In this document: positions 1 through 16,402 of the stretch, piece after piece
How positions within the stretch are numbered: position 1 is the stretch's first letter
How the letters are laid out: each line of letters starts with the position of its first letter
Assembly: GCF_009914755.1 (NCBI RefSeq)
Contig: NC_060934.1
DNA from: the human T2T-CHM13v2.0 reference genome, Homo sapiens
DNA: 64,000 nucleotides
Direction: 5' to 3' (one strand)
The notes under the pieces: generated by a model
The model's database searches: none
What the model saw: only the letters and a program-made list of their open reading frames with translations
Told to the model about the DNA's origin: nothing
Program-made: the position numbers and the translations under genes

Positions 1-159
1 CCCAAGTGGTTATATGAGAAAGCATTTTCAACCCCTTTTTTCACCTCACATGTGTTTAATACTGTGATAGGTGCTGAGAGATATATATAGATGTAGAAGA
101 TGAGTTGTGCTCAAGGAGCTTCCAGTTCTATTCATCTATTTATTTATTTATTTTAATAT

Positions 160-316
160 TTAGAAATGGAGTCTCACTATGTTGCCCAGGCTGGAGTGCA
201 GCGGTTATTCACAGGTGCAATCATAGTACACTACAGCCTCGAACTCCTGGGCTCAAGAGATCTTCCTGCCTCAGCCCAAGTAGCTGGGCCTATAGGTGTG
301 CACTACTGCACACAGC
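160..316 (-). mobile_element. FAM (fossil Alu monomer)
   Basis: Single 7SL-derived monomer keeping the GG.TATTCACAGGTGCAATC segment absent from dimeric Alus, without the 7SL S domain. Confidence 0.7.
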
Positions 317-329
317 TCCCATTTCAACT

Positions 330-990
330 CAGACAAGCATACAAATAATTACAGTAGAAGACTATGTTCATTATGAGCCATGTGAGTGCTGCAAAGGCTA
401 TGGGTTTGAGGAGGAGAGTTCAAGGGAAGGATGGATCACCTTCCACTGGAGATACCAAGGAAGGCTTCAAGGAGGGGCGGCATTTGAGCCTTAAGGATCT
501 CAACAGTTGAAGTAGGGCTGGGGGTGAAATTCCAGGAAGAAGGAACTGTGTAAGCAGAGGAACGAGTGGGACAAAGTGAAGATCAAGAAGCAAGGGGAGG
601 GGGGAGGAGAAGAGGGAGATAATAAGTTCACTTTCAGATCTATGGTATTTGAAGACCAGCAAGCATTCACGAGGAGATATCCAACAGGCAGTTAGATATG
701 TGTTTGGAGGTGGAAATTGGAAATAGGGGTTTGGGACTCATTGGCATAGGTCAGGGCCTTAGTTGTATGCCCCACAGCAACTTGTACTTGCCTTCAGAGC
801 ACTTGTCATAAGTGTAATTAACAATTAATGGTGTAATTAGCTGCTTAATCTCTGTCTCTCCTACTAGAATGCCACTCCCATGGAGGCAGAGCCCACATCT
901 GCCTTATTCCTATGGAGAAGGCACCTACTCCAGGGGCCTTGGACATAAACATTCAGTAACTATTTGGTGAATGAATTAATTAAAGAAGTT
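330..990. mobile_element. Degraded L2 fragments
   Basis: Purine-rich L2-like tract and L2 3' end motif (CTAGAATG..CTCCATGGAGGCAG...TATTTGGTGAATGAAT). Confidence 0.5.
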
Positions 991-1359
991 GATACTTCTA
1001 ACAGCTACCATTTACTGAACATGCACACAGCAGGCACTGTGATGTCTGCTTTGTATACATAATCTCATTTAAACTGCACAGTCATTTCACGAGAGGTAGG
1101 TCTAGGGATCTCAATCCCTTAGATTAAGTGGGTTATGGGTAAAGCCCAGGAATCTAAATTTAAGTTCTCAGGTAATTCTAATGATCAGCCAGGTTTGCAG
1201 AGCACTCTGGTGGATTGTTTTATTGAAATTTCACAGACAATTTCAAGAAATTACGGCTCAGCAAATAATAGTAATGTGTTTGAGGTCACCTGGCTAGATG
1301 CAAAACTAGATTTCTCAGGGAGAAAACTTTATAAGCCTCCCTGCTTCTGGGAGATCTAA

Positions 1360-1718
<359 letters not shown>

Positions 1719-2637
1719 CTAAAAAAAGAGTTTACAAAGGAAGAGCGGAAGGCTAAGAACTGAGTCATTAAAACCAAGGAGAGTGGTCAGCACTGCCAAA
1801 TGCCACAGAGAGACTGGAGAATGTGGCCTTAGGGAGAACTGGGGATGACTGACAACGTGTCTGTGGTGTCTGAGTGTGCCATTAGAGGAAGATGAAGACA
1901 CAGCCCTGGCACACACAGGGAACTCCCTCAGGAGGCCTGGCCAGCTGGAAGGAGTTATGGATTGAGGCTCAGCCAAGATCACTCCTTCGCAGGATAGCTT
2001 TGTGCTAAAATTATTAAAGCCAAACATCTGGGCCTGTGGGGTGGGATGCCAAGAAAGAGGAGGCATAAGTCCCACAGGGGAATACCAGTTTGGAATCTCA
2101 GATAAGCTGTTGAGAAAATGCAAAATGCATCTTTGCCAGGGCAACTGTCACTCTGCTGAAATATTTAGGCCTTTTGCCTCACTTTCTTCTGTTCTATGTG
2201 TGTTTTGCCTTTGGGGTACTGATTCCACTGGAGGATGGGAAGGGAAAGAAAGCGGAACTCCAACCAGGACATTTTGCTGACTTTCAGTAGTAGTAGCCTG
2301 GAGACCTGTGCAAGGGTGTGATGGACTATTTCCTGCAATCCCCTCCCTAAACCCAATTCATATCCTGTTGCTGATGGATGTGAAACCGTTCCTTTCATTT
2401 GAAAGAGGATGATGATGACCATAACTCTTTATACCTACAGCTTAAAAGCACCTTCACATGCATCAGCTCAAGCTTTCATGACTCTTGGGAGGTAGATGTT
2501 GTTATCCCTACATGCTTAGTAAGTGGCAGAAGCCACAATTCAAACCCATTGCCTCTGACTCTGAGTCCAATGTTCTTTCAATTACAAACCAGCATGCTGA
2601 TTTGTTATCGGCCAAAACTCTTCCAAAGCCCACTTAG

Positions 2638-3926
<1,289 letters not shown>

Positions 3927-5569
3927 TGACCTTGTGCTGCACCCGCACCTCGGTGCCTTATCTATAAGATGGAGGTGAGGGCCACCTTGAAGCATGGTTC
4001 AGAGGTAAACCTATGCAAAAGTGCCAGCACAAGTACTGGCAGACAATCATTACTCAGCAGTGTTAGCAATCTTTTATTGTTCACCTTACCAGGTCTTTCT
4101 AAGCCCAAAGACCTCAGAATTGAGTCCCTCCAACTCAAGGCTTTGGTCTGTGATGAGGAACCAGAGGGGCAGGCTGTGGCAGGGCCTGACCATCTTCCAT
4201 GACATCAAGCACAAAGCCAAGAGATATGCTCCAAAGTCCCATAAGATCCCTTTTCACCCTTCCTTTAGTGGCCTGTCCCAAGCATATTCCCCTTTCCCCA
4301 TGAAGTAAAACTTATCCTAGAACTACGTCCTTGAAGATTCCAATATCAATAAAAGGCCCTCAGTCTGGAATTCTGGGATATAACTAAAAAGGTCTTCCTA
4401 CTCCCTCTCCAAAGCCATATCCACATCCTGAATGATATTAGAAGCTTGCAAGTGGGTACATATTACAGACGCCACACTGACCCCTCCCAGCCTTCATCTT
4501 TTCAGATTCCATTCTTTGATTCTCACCCCCTGCCCCACCAACCCTACCATGTGGCAGAAGAGGCCGGCTCAGTCACCAGCACTCTCCCCCACTCCTGGAG
4601 TTTAATCTTTTTGCAGGGATCTCTTTTCTCCAAAAAGAGATCTGCACAGGGAGTGGCTCTCTGAAGCCAGTTGAGAACCTGCCCTGCTGGATTTACACAA
4701 ACTGAAATCTCAAATGCCCACAGGGTCAGAGAGGTAAAGTAAATGAATTAAGAAGGGGGGCGTAATTCAGTGGAGAATGGCAGGGACTGTAGTGAACAGG
4801 AGAGCACACTTCTTATACAAATGGCAAGGGCAACTCACCTCTGCCACTGTGGGCATCCCAGCTCTTCCCATTTTCAGAAGAAGCCAGAAATCCAATTTCT
4901 TTACAGGTGAAATCTCCTGGTTTAAAAATGCTCCTTTCGAAATATTTTAAAATATAATGCTCTAAACACAAAAGTCTGCAGCCCCCTTTCCAGCAGCTTG
5001 TGGTCCTGGCCTGTGCCATGCTTTAGTGCCCTAACGATGAGCCCCAGCAATTCCCAGCGCCTCCTGCTTCTCCAAGTCTGGCCTCTTTTCCCCTCTGTAC
5101 CGCCGCTTCTCCCCACTCTCCGCAGCTCGGGGTCACTTTCTTTACTGATCTCCCCTCTCTTCTGGGAGAGGCACTTGCTGAACATCTTTCCGCCCGGAGC
5201 CTCCCCAGGAGCTGCAGAGGGGCAGCTGGAGAGATGCTTTCTGACGTAGCATCTCCCACCTTTCTCCTTGGGGACCCTGAGGAAGGGGACAAGGGCTCGC
5301 TCTGCAGGTCCTCACTGTAACTGGAAAAACACGACCTCGCCCTCGGGAAGGCTTTCTGTGCGCCTCACCTCAGGATGAGGGTGGGTGTAGGGGACACCTC
5401 CCAGAAACCCCTAACCTCCCAGTCGGTTAAAGAAGAGGGGATAGGGTCAAGGGATGCGACAGAGCTGTGTGGTTTCCGGATGGGAAACCTCAGTCGTTTA
5501 GGCACCCCTCCGCTCGAGTCACTTCCGAAGCAGTCGATTCTTGGGGAGAAGCGCTGCGGAAAGGGGCGA

Positions 5570-5834
5570 CTCCGATGCAGATGGCCCTGTCCCGGCGCCC
5601 CAGGTCGTCGCGCGCGCAGCTGCGGTAGTCACTGCGCCTCCCCGCCCCCACTCCTGGATGCCCCCCTTCCCTCTCCCGGCCAGACTCTGAGCAGGAGCTC
5701 CGCCCCCAGCGCGCCGCCCCAGCCCCGGCGCCTTAAAAGCCGGGCGCACCGCCCCGCCGCGCCCTGCCTGCCGCACCTCTCCTTTCTTCTGTAGCTCGCG
5801 TTGAAGCCGCACGTCCGGCCCCGATCCCGGCACC
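5570..5834 (+). promoter_or_regulatory. INA core promoter/5'UTR: GC boxes, E-boxes, TATA-like TTAAAA
   Basis: TTAAAA at 5733-5738 is the only AT run in GC-rich DNA ~100 nt before the ATG (TSS inferred ~5765). Several CCGCCC Sp/KLF boxes, CAGATGG at 5578-5584, GCAGCTGC at 5616-5623. Confidence 0.7.
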
Positions 5835-6899
5835 ATGAGCTTCGGCTCGGAGCACTACCTGTGCTCCTCCTCCTCCTACCGCAAGGTGTTCGGGGATGGC
5901 TCTCGCCTGTCCGCCCGCCTCTCTGGGGCCGGCGGCGCGGGCGGCTTCCGCTCGCAGTCGCTGTCCCGCAGCAATGTGGCCTCCTCGGCCGCCTGCTCCT
6001 CGGCCTCGTCGCTCGGCCTCGGCCTGGCCTATCGCCGGCCGCCGGCGTCCGACGGGCTGGACCTGAGCCAGGCGGCGGCGCGCACCAACGAGTACAAGAT
6101 CATCCGCACCAACGAGAAGGAGCAGCTGCAGGGCCTCAACGACCGCTTCGCCGTGTTCATCGAGAAGGTGCATCAGCTGGAGACGCAGAACCGCGCGTTG
6201 GAGGCCGAGCTGGCCGCGCTGCGACAGCGCCACGCTGAGCCGTCGCGCGTCGGCGAGCTCTTCCAGCGCGAGCTGCGCGACCTGCGCGCGCAGCTGGAGG
6301 AGGCCAGCTCGGCTCGCTCGCAGGCCCTGCTGGAGCGCGACGGGCTGGCGGAGGAGGTGCAGCGGCTGCGGGCGCGCTGCGAGGAGGAGAGCCGCGGACG
6401 CGAAGGCGCCGAGCGCGCCCTGAAGGCGCAGCAGCGCGACGTGGACGGCGCCACGCTGGCCCGCCTGGACCTGGAGAAGAAGGTGGAGTCGCTGCTGGAC
6501 GAGCTGGCCTTCGTACGCCAGGTGCACGACGAGGAGGTAGCCGAGCTGCTGGCCACGCTGCAGGCGTCGTCGCAGGCCGCGGCCGAGGTGGACGTGACTG
6601 TGGCTAAACCAGACCTGACCTCGGCTCTGAGGGAGATCCGCGCCCAGTATGAGTCCCTGGCCGCTAAGAACCTGCAGTCCGCGGAAGAATGGTACAAGTC
6701 CAAGTTTGCCAACCTGAACGAGCAGGCGGCGCGCAGCACCGAGGCCATCCGGGCCAGCCGCGAGGAGATCCACGAGTATCGGCGCCAGCTGCAGGCGCGC
6801 ACCATCGAGATCGAGGGCCTGCGCGGGGCCAACGAGTCCTTGGAGAGGCAGATCCTGGAGCTGGAGGAGCGGCACAGTGCCGAGGTAGCTGGCTACCAG
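5835..6899 (+). CDS. INA: Alpha-internexin, coding exon 1 (head domain and most of the rod; 355 codons)
   Basis: ATG in a good Kozak context (GGCACCATGA). Translation starts [20 protein letters not shown], with the LDLSQ head motif, coil 1[17 protein letters not shown] and IF rod heptads. Ends at donor CAG|GTAAGG (GT 6900-6901), phase 0. Confidence 0.98.
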
Positions 6900-7492
6900 G
6901 TAAGGGCCGGGGCTGGGCGTGGGGAGGGGTGCCCTGCCCTCTTCCGCGCGTACCCTCTTCCTCTGGTAAAACTGGGCCCCAGGACTTAAGGGGAGGGCAA
7001 AAGAGAGGAGAGAAGAGCCGCGGCTGGAGGCGCTGGTTAACAAAAAACCCTGGAGTCTTTAATGTTAATTTTAGGGAACGCCCCTCATTTATGTCCCTGC
7101 CCCAGCCCTTCAAACAAAGAAGCCCTTAAATTTATTTGAGGTTCGAAAACCCAACTCTGCCTGTCTGTCAGCAAGCGGGCCTACACACACCGGCGACCCG
7201 GAGAACAGTGCCCCACCCAAAGTAAGACTGAGCCCAACGGGGCAGGTTACGTGGGCGGTGCTGTCTCGGCTATCTGGCTTGTTTGGTTGACTTTGAAAAG
7301 CTTTCTGTGCGCCCTAGAAGATATTTATGGAGTATGGTCTGCTTCAGGGCTGAAGGAAGAATGCGATCCTGAACTGGGAAGAGTCCTATCCCATTTTCTT
7401 GACTTTCGCGCTCCAAAAAGTAGAGATTGGGAGCCAACAAGCTGAGCGATGCTTGAGCTAGTAGTAACCACCCTGCTCTACCCACCTCCCCA

Positions 7493-7523
7493 ACACACAC
7501 ACACACACGATTCCCTTGTCCAC

Positions 7524-7571
<48 letters not shown>

Positions 7572-7588
7572 TTCCCTTGTCCACCAGC
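7493..7588. repeat. (CA)n microsatellite with a duplicated 20-bp spacer
   Basis: Two (CA)n tracts, each followed by an identical CGATTCCCTTGTCCACCAGC (7508-7527 and 7569-7588). Confidence 0.95.
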
Positions 7589-7642
7589 TGACATTTCCTC
7601 CTTAAGAAAGCGTTCGCCGGTTGGCAAAACGTGAAAGGTCGG

Positions 7643-7663
7643 GGCGCTGTCCACGGTGCTGAT
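7643..7663 (-). promoter_or_regulatory. RE1/NRSE (REST binding site) in INA intron 1
   Basis: Reverse complement ATCAGCACCGTGGACAGCGCC matches the consensus NTCAGCACCNNGGACAGCGCC, with both half sites and the 2-nt spacer; the host gene is neuronal. Confidence 0.9.
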
Positions 7664-10600
7664 CTCGAGTTCTTCCCATCTCAGAAATTATGTCTCTCCT
7701 GTCTCGTGTCCCAGTTATGAATCTCTAGGCAATTAACTGCTTTGATTTTTTTTTTCCTGCAACACCAACACATCAGTCTTGGCTACCTGCAATCAAAGGT
7801 CACCTCATAGACAACATCAGTTTTGGCTTTCATGGATGGCTTAGCACTAAACAAAAAACACTTAATTTGCTCAGCAGCTGTGAGGTCCCACTTGAAAATT
7901 CCTGTTTTGTTAGTATTTTTTTCATCGTAAGTGCATGTGATAAGTCACAGAGATGGTTTTTCTTTGTTCTAGTGTATGTATTTTTTCCATATTTCCCTGT
8001 CCTCTAAGCTCCTGTGATGGTATTGATTGGCTATTTCTTCCCAACAAAGGCCACTGTGTCTTCAGTTTTACTATATAAGAAATTCTGGGATTATGACCGC
8101 AAATGGCACAGAGGCAGGAGACAGGGTAAATGGAAGGTGTAGAAAAGAATTGGAATAGTGTGGTTCGGTTTCAAGGTACAATAAAAGCTCCTTTGAATAG
8201 AATGACTATAATTCAGAAACTTGCAATAATTCTAGCTAGGATTAAAGTTTACATTTGGTGAGATTAATAGGGCTTGGAACATTGGTAAAATAGAACCAAG
8301 AAAGGAATGAAATCTCAAAAGTAACATTTTAATCAGAAGCTAAAGAATTCTTATTGATGTGCAGGTATTTGCTGTTTGTTACAATAACTTCCTTTGATAA
8401 AGGAAAAAAGCCTGCTTGGACTGTTTAGGTTAGTTTGGTATTGCATTATCATTCAAGTAAGTACTTCCATTTCTGCCTCAAAATCCATAACTTGAACTTT
8501 TCATTATGTACCCTAACCCCTGGATGGCCTGAATTAATCACATTTGGCTAATTGAGACTTCATTTTTTTCTTCTAGAAGCCTCCAAGTACGAGCTAGGTG
8601 GTCTTCTGGAGGGCTAGCCCAGTATTTCTACAAAAAAAGGATAACTTACTCAGAGCTGCCAGCTGAATTGGGCTTCTCCATTTTCTCTGCTTGTTATAGC
8701 CCATACATTCTAAGAAGTAGTGACAGTTTTGCCTGGCTTGTTTGCTGTAAAAGGCTTTCATCATTAGACAATGGTAGCGTCATCCAGACATGGTCTACAG
8801 GAAACAAACAAAAAACAACAACAGAGAAACTGCAGCATCTGCAGCTCTGCGGTGCTGCCCCCATCAGCTTGAGCCTTTAGAGCCACAGAGGACCTGCTGA
8901 TGGGAGTGGAAGAGGAGGTCAGACAACAGAGAGCTGGTTCCCTACTCCTTGGGACCTAAGGCTAAGGTGGAGCTCAAGTCTTACCTGCAGATCCTAACGG
9001 CCTGATGCCACAAGGGTGTCTCTGACTGTTCTAACAATCTTAGCAGTGCTGACCAAGGTGAAAAGCCTCCCTTTCTACAGTGAGATTTAGCCATTGTTTT
9101 CTTGCCCTCTCATCTCATCCCCACCTTTCACTGCAGTAATGGGAGGCTGTTCTCCTTCTTCTGCTACAGAGATTAGTGGTAGGGCCATTTTTCTTTTCAA
9201 ACTTGGCACCCTCTATGAAACATAGGAAGGCCCCATTAAAGTCCCATCTTCTCTGCCCCAGATAGCTGATAGCCTATTTAAGGAGAGAAAGCTTCTTACA
9301 CTTTTGAAAGGGTAAAAAATGATTCACGGTGACACAGTAAGTACACAATAGTGGATGAGAGAGTCTGAATCAGGCAAGAGAAGAGATTAGGAAGAGCTAA
9401 GGCTATTGTCTTCAAAAGCCAAATGCAACTCCCCTCTGCATAAAAAGCTGATGGGGTTTCCATTTCTGACATAGGGCAATGCTGGTGCCTACATAGCCAC
9501 TTCGGCACCATTAGAGTCCTAGTTCTGTTAAAGATGTCCAAAGACATTCTTGGAGGGTACTCAGGGTCTCAGACCTCTACTGTGGTCAGTCTTGGAAAGT
9601 TGAAGCTTTCCTTGAAAGACCTTGCTGAATGATCAAGATCACCGCAGGTTAATGCTCTCCAGGGAGACAAGCCAAGTCTTCTCTTTTTTCTCCATTATGA
9701 GATTGGAGTACAGCCTAATTAAATAGCAGGAAGGGGCTGGCCCCTTGGAGACTGGAGGTGACAGTGGCTGCATATAAATCCATAGCTTGATAGATCCATT
9801 TCTAAAATTAGCTACATTTGATCTTTTTTAAGCTCTTCCACCTGGTTTTTGTTTCATTTTGTTTTGTTTGCCCCTCCCTATCTTACTGTATTACTGTCAC
9901 CTGGGCTACCATGATAGCATCTTTATAGAAAAAAATTTAAACTAGTGGATCCTAAACCCAGTGACACTCTAAGGTCAATTGGGGGCTTAAAAAAATTATC
10001 AGGCCCACTCCCAAAGATATGGATTCAGCAGTTCACAGGTAGGGCCCGGGAATATGCATTTTTCAATAAAAGTGCTGCATCCTGTTGGTCCTCAGACTGA
10101 CTTTGGAGTACATTGATCTAAACCACTTCTTCCAGTAAAGTAGTTTACGGAGATACGTATAATACAGGATTTTCGAGTGTGGTGGAGGAAAGAAAAAGAT
10201 GGGGACAAAGGAAAGGTAGGAGTGAGAATAAAGCACGCATGGTGAACCACAAATAAAAATCCTCCGTCCCCACTCAAGTTGATTATGCAGAGCAGTAATT
10301 CTAAATAGCCTCTTTCAATCAGACTGTGGGGCACTCACTACTGCCTCCCTGACCCAGGGCCCCCAAACGTGCTGAAATCCACAGCTCTGTCGTTCTTCTT
10401 CACCACTGCAGATGTTAGTGTGGCCATTCATTTCTCTTACTCCACCCGGCATCCTTCCAGCCACGGGCTGCGATGCTCAGACGAGCTAAGACGATGCTCA
10501 GCGTTTGTCTTAGCTCCTCCAGGAGAGACCCCAGCTGGAGCTGGGCGTGCCGCTCTCCGGTTCCCTCAGGCTAAGCCGGCAGCAGCTGCGTGGTTGGGGG

Positions 10601-12220
10601 AGGGGACAGACTGCAGCGCTCTGCTCAGATCTCGAGCTGGAGGCCATCTTTGGCAGGGCTTCTGAAGGGCAATGCAAGACACAGCCTGATGTGGGGAGGA
10701 GAGCACAAACAAAGAGACCAGACATTGAAGAGCAATCAATGGTCAGAACACAGCACACTTCCTTCTGAAAGGAGCAAAGTTGTGCTTTTCTCTACAGTGA
10801 TCTGTAAAATAGATATATGAAATCTGCAACATAGAAGTTCAAGGAAATCTCATCTGTCTAGAACTCAGCTCCCCAACCACCTCTTATTCAGAAAACACAG
10901 CTGTGAAACAAAAATAATGTTTTAAGCAAGGACCTAATTAACCTGCTGATGAGACATATCATCTATCTCTAAGCCAAACATTAGGAACTTGGCACCTCTA
11001 CTGCCCCCAGCCTATTCATTCTTAACACGATTTCAAAATGCTTTTTTATTTGGTTTCAAGACTGCAGCAAGATGGAGAATGGGGACCACTGGAGTCAGGC
11101 ATTGTTAAGAATGAGCAGCAGCAGATCCGTTCATCTTTCAGAACAAAGAAAATCAATGAGCATCAACACTAATCCAAACACCGCACTTTGGGGCCATTTA
11201 GGGTAGAATTAAACAGCCTGATATACCTCGAATGACCTAAAAGATGTCACCGAATTATTTTTAAAATTGATTATTATCATGACCCTTAATTGCTGTGGAA
11301 GGTGGCATTATGTTTAGTGTCCTGATTGTGAGTGGTATAAGCCACTTTAGAAAGGCTTTTTATTCAAAATTGTTATTAAAAAAAAAAATCTGGTGCTTTA
11401 AGGTATATGCCTCCAACTATCCAATATTAAAGTGTTGTTATATGTTACTTTTCGTAGTTATCTAAGGGGTTGGTAATAGTGAGGGCTTGTGATTAATTTG
11501 TCTATATCATCAAAAGGATAGAGGGCCATGTGGTATGATATTATCAAGAATAAAAATCACTAACATTTATTGAGTTCTTCCTGTGTGCCATGCTGTTCTG
11601 ATGCCTACTAATTTAACAGATAATGGACTCATCATATATTAATGTATATGTGAGATATATTAAATTGAAATCCTAATTTGAGGATCTCAGAACACCTTAG
11701 AAAAAGAGTAAACATAACTTTCCGTATGCAGAAGTAGAAGATTGGAAGGAACTAAAATGTAGAAAACTGGCTGAGGTCCAATGGATGTTAGTGGCAGAGC
11801 AAAAACTGCAACCCAAGTTCCTGATGAAATCCTCCTCTTATCTTCATATAGCATTCCTCCTCCTTCTTTGCATAATCATATTTTCTTCTTTCTCCTTTTT
11901 CCCTCACTCTAGACTCTTTTCCCTCTTACCACAGTAATATTGATTCTCTTGTCAGTAGCTAGAGGGTCTATGTCAGTGATTCTATGTCAGTAGCAGAATT
12001 GATTATAACCTCAAATAGGAACTATCAGGTAAAATTTCTTGGTAAAAATCTCTTTAAGGCCTCATGATCTCTTAACACACTTTGAAATATATGCATCACG
12101 GTCCAGTATAATACGTATTTTTCCTACTGACTGTCATTCCTTGTTCTGTACCCATCAGTCAATTGAAACTCCTCTTTGCAGTATTCCTGTCAATATTTAT
12201 AGAACAGGTAGGTGGTATGA

Positions 12221-14997
<2,777 letters not shown>

Positions 14998-15419
14998 AAT
15001 TCCTTCTGGCTGCTCAAGGACTATAAATATATAAATATAAAGCGATTTCTCTTCCATGCCTCGGTGTTTTAAAAATTCTGTGGAGTATTTCTGCTTTCTC
15101 CTTACCTATAATGTAAAATGCTCTCAGTAAAGTGACTGATTAGCAGGCTTCTAGGAAATCATCAAAATGAATGGAGGCAGAGAGGTCTTCCTGGAAAGCT
15201 CTCTGTGCTTTCCACATTCGGAATTTTCTGAATCTAAGCTGCTAACCTGAGGCTTTGGGTTTTGGAAAGCACATGCTACAACAGAGTTATTTAGCAGCAA
15301 CACAACAAGCAAGGGAGGGATGGTAAGTGTAAAAAAAAAAAAAATCATCTCCATGTTCAGTTCAGAACTATATGCCGTGTGGCTATCCTGAAAAGGGCAG
15401 GTGTTCACTTGCCCTCTGG

Positions 15420-15605
15420 GTAAAAGTTCCCAGTCCTCACCATGAGTCCAAATCTCCTGGGGACCTTTATGAAAAAAATGCAAATGCTGGGACCCCACCC
15501 CAGAACCAGTGAATCTGGATCTGGACTCAGGGACAGACCTGGATATAAGCAAGTTATAAGTTCATTACATGATTTTAATGTGTAGTCAGGGCTGGGAATC
15601 CTTGC
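15420..15605. mobile_element. MER5A-like fragment just upstream of INA exon 2
   Basis: AAATGCAAATGCTGGGACCCCACCCCAGAACCAGTGAATC...GATTTTAATGTGTAGTCAGGGCTGGGA. A similar relic lies at ~9945-10125. Confidence 0.55.
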
Positions 15606-15670
15606 CTTCTGGAAATCTTGAGGAATTTCAGCTGGTTTGGCCTAACTATTTTGGATATGTTACTTTTCAG

Positions 15671-15795
15671 GATAGCATTGGGCAGCTGGAGAATGATCTG
15701 AGGAACACCAAGAGTGAGATGGCACGCCACCTTCGGGAATACCAGGACTTGCTCAATGTCAAAATGGCTCTTGACATTGAGATAGCAGCTTACAG
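15671..15795 (+). CDS. INA: Alpha-internexin, coding exon 2 (coil 2B; 125 nt)
   Basis: Acceptor TACTTTTCAG|GAT. Encodes [41 protein letters not shown](R). Donor AG|GTACTG, phase 2. Confidence 0.97.
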
Positions 15796-15955
15796 GTACT
15801 GCAAAGGACCTGCTTACCCGAGTAAATCCAGTCACCTAGGGGCAATGCTGCCCAAATAAGTGGATCTAGTCTCTCTGGCTTCTGACTGGTGAGGGAGGGA
15901 AGAAGGGCATCACTGGCCCCTTTCAGGTGAGCTGACTGCTCTGTCCCTCTACTTA

Positions 15956-16402
<447 letters not shown>

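Larger units (their letters stand above)
5300..7050. promoter_or_regulatory. CpG island covering the INA promoter and exon 1
   Basis: Very high GC and CpG density, densest at 5560-6950, against CpG-depleted flanks; limits approximate. Confidence 0.9.

Noticed and set aside
5733-7043. 436-aa antisense ORF and other overlapping ORFs (6173-6832, 5801-6238, 6689-7129) across INA exon 1
   Set aside because: Shadows of a GC-rich, codon-biased coiled-coil exon with few off-frame stops; no recognisable domain.
8833-8858. Second RE1-like sequence in INA intron 1
   Set aside because: Only a partial left half site; the right half does not match GGACAGCGCC.
15569-15859. 96-aa ORF as a standalone gene
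   Set aside because: It is INA exon 2 plus flanking intron in the same frame.
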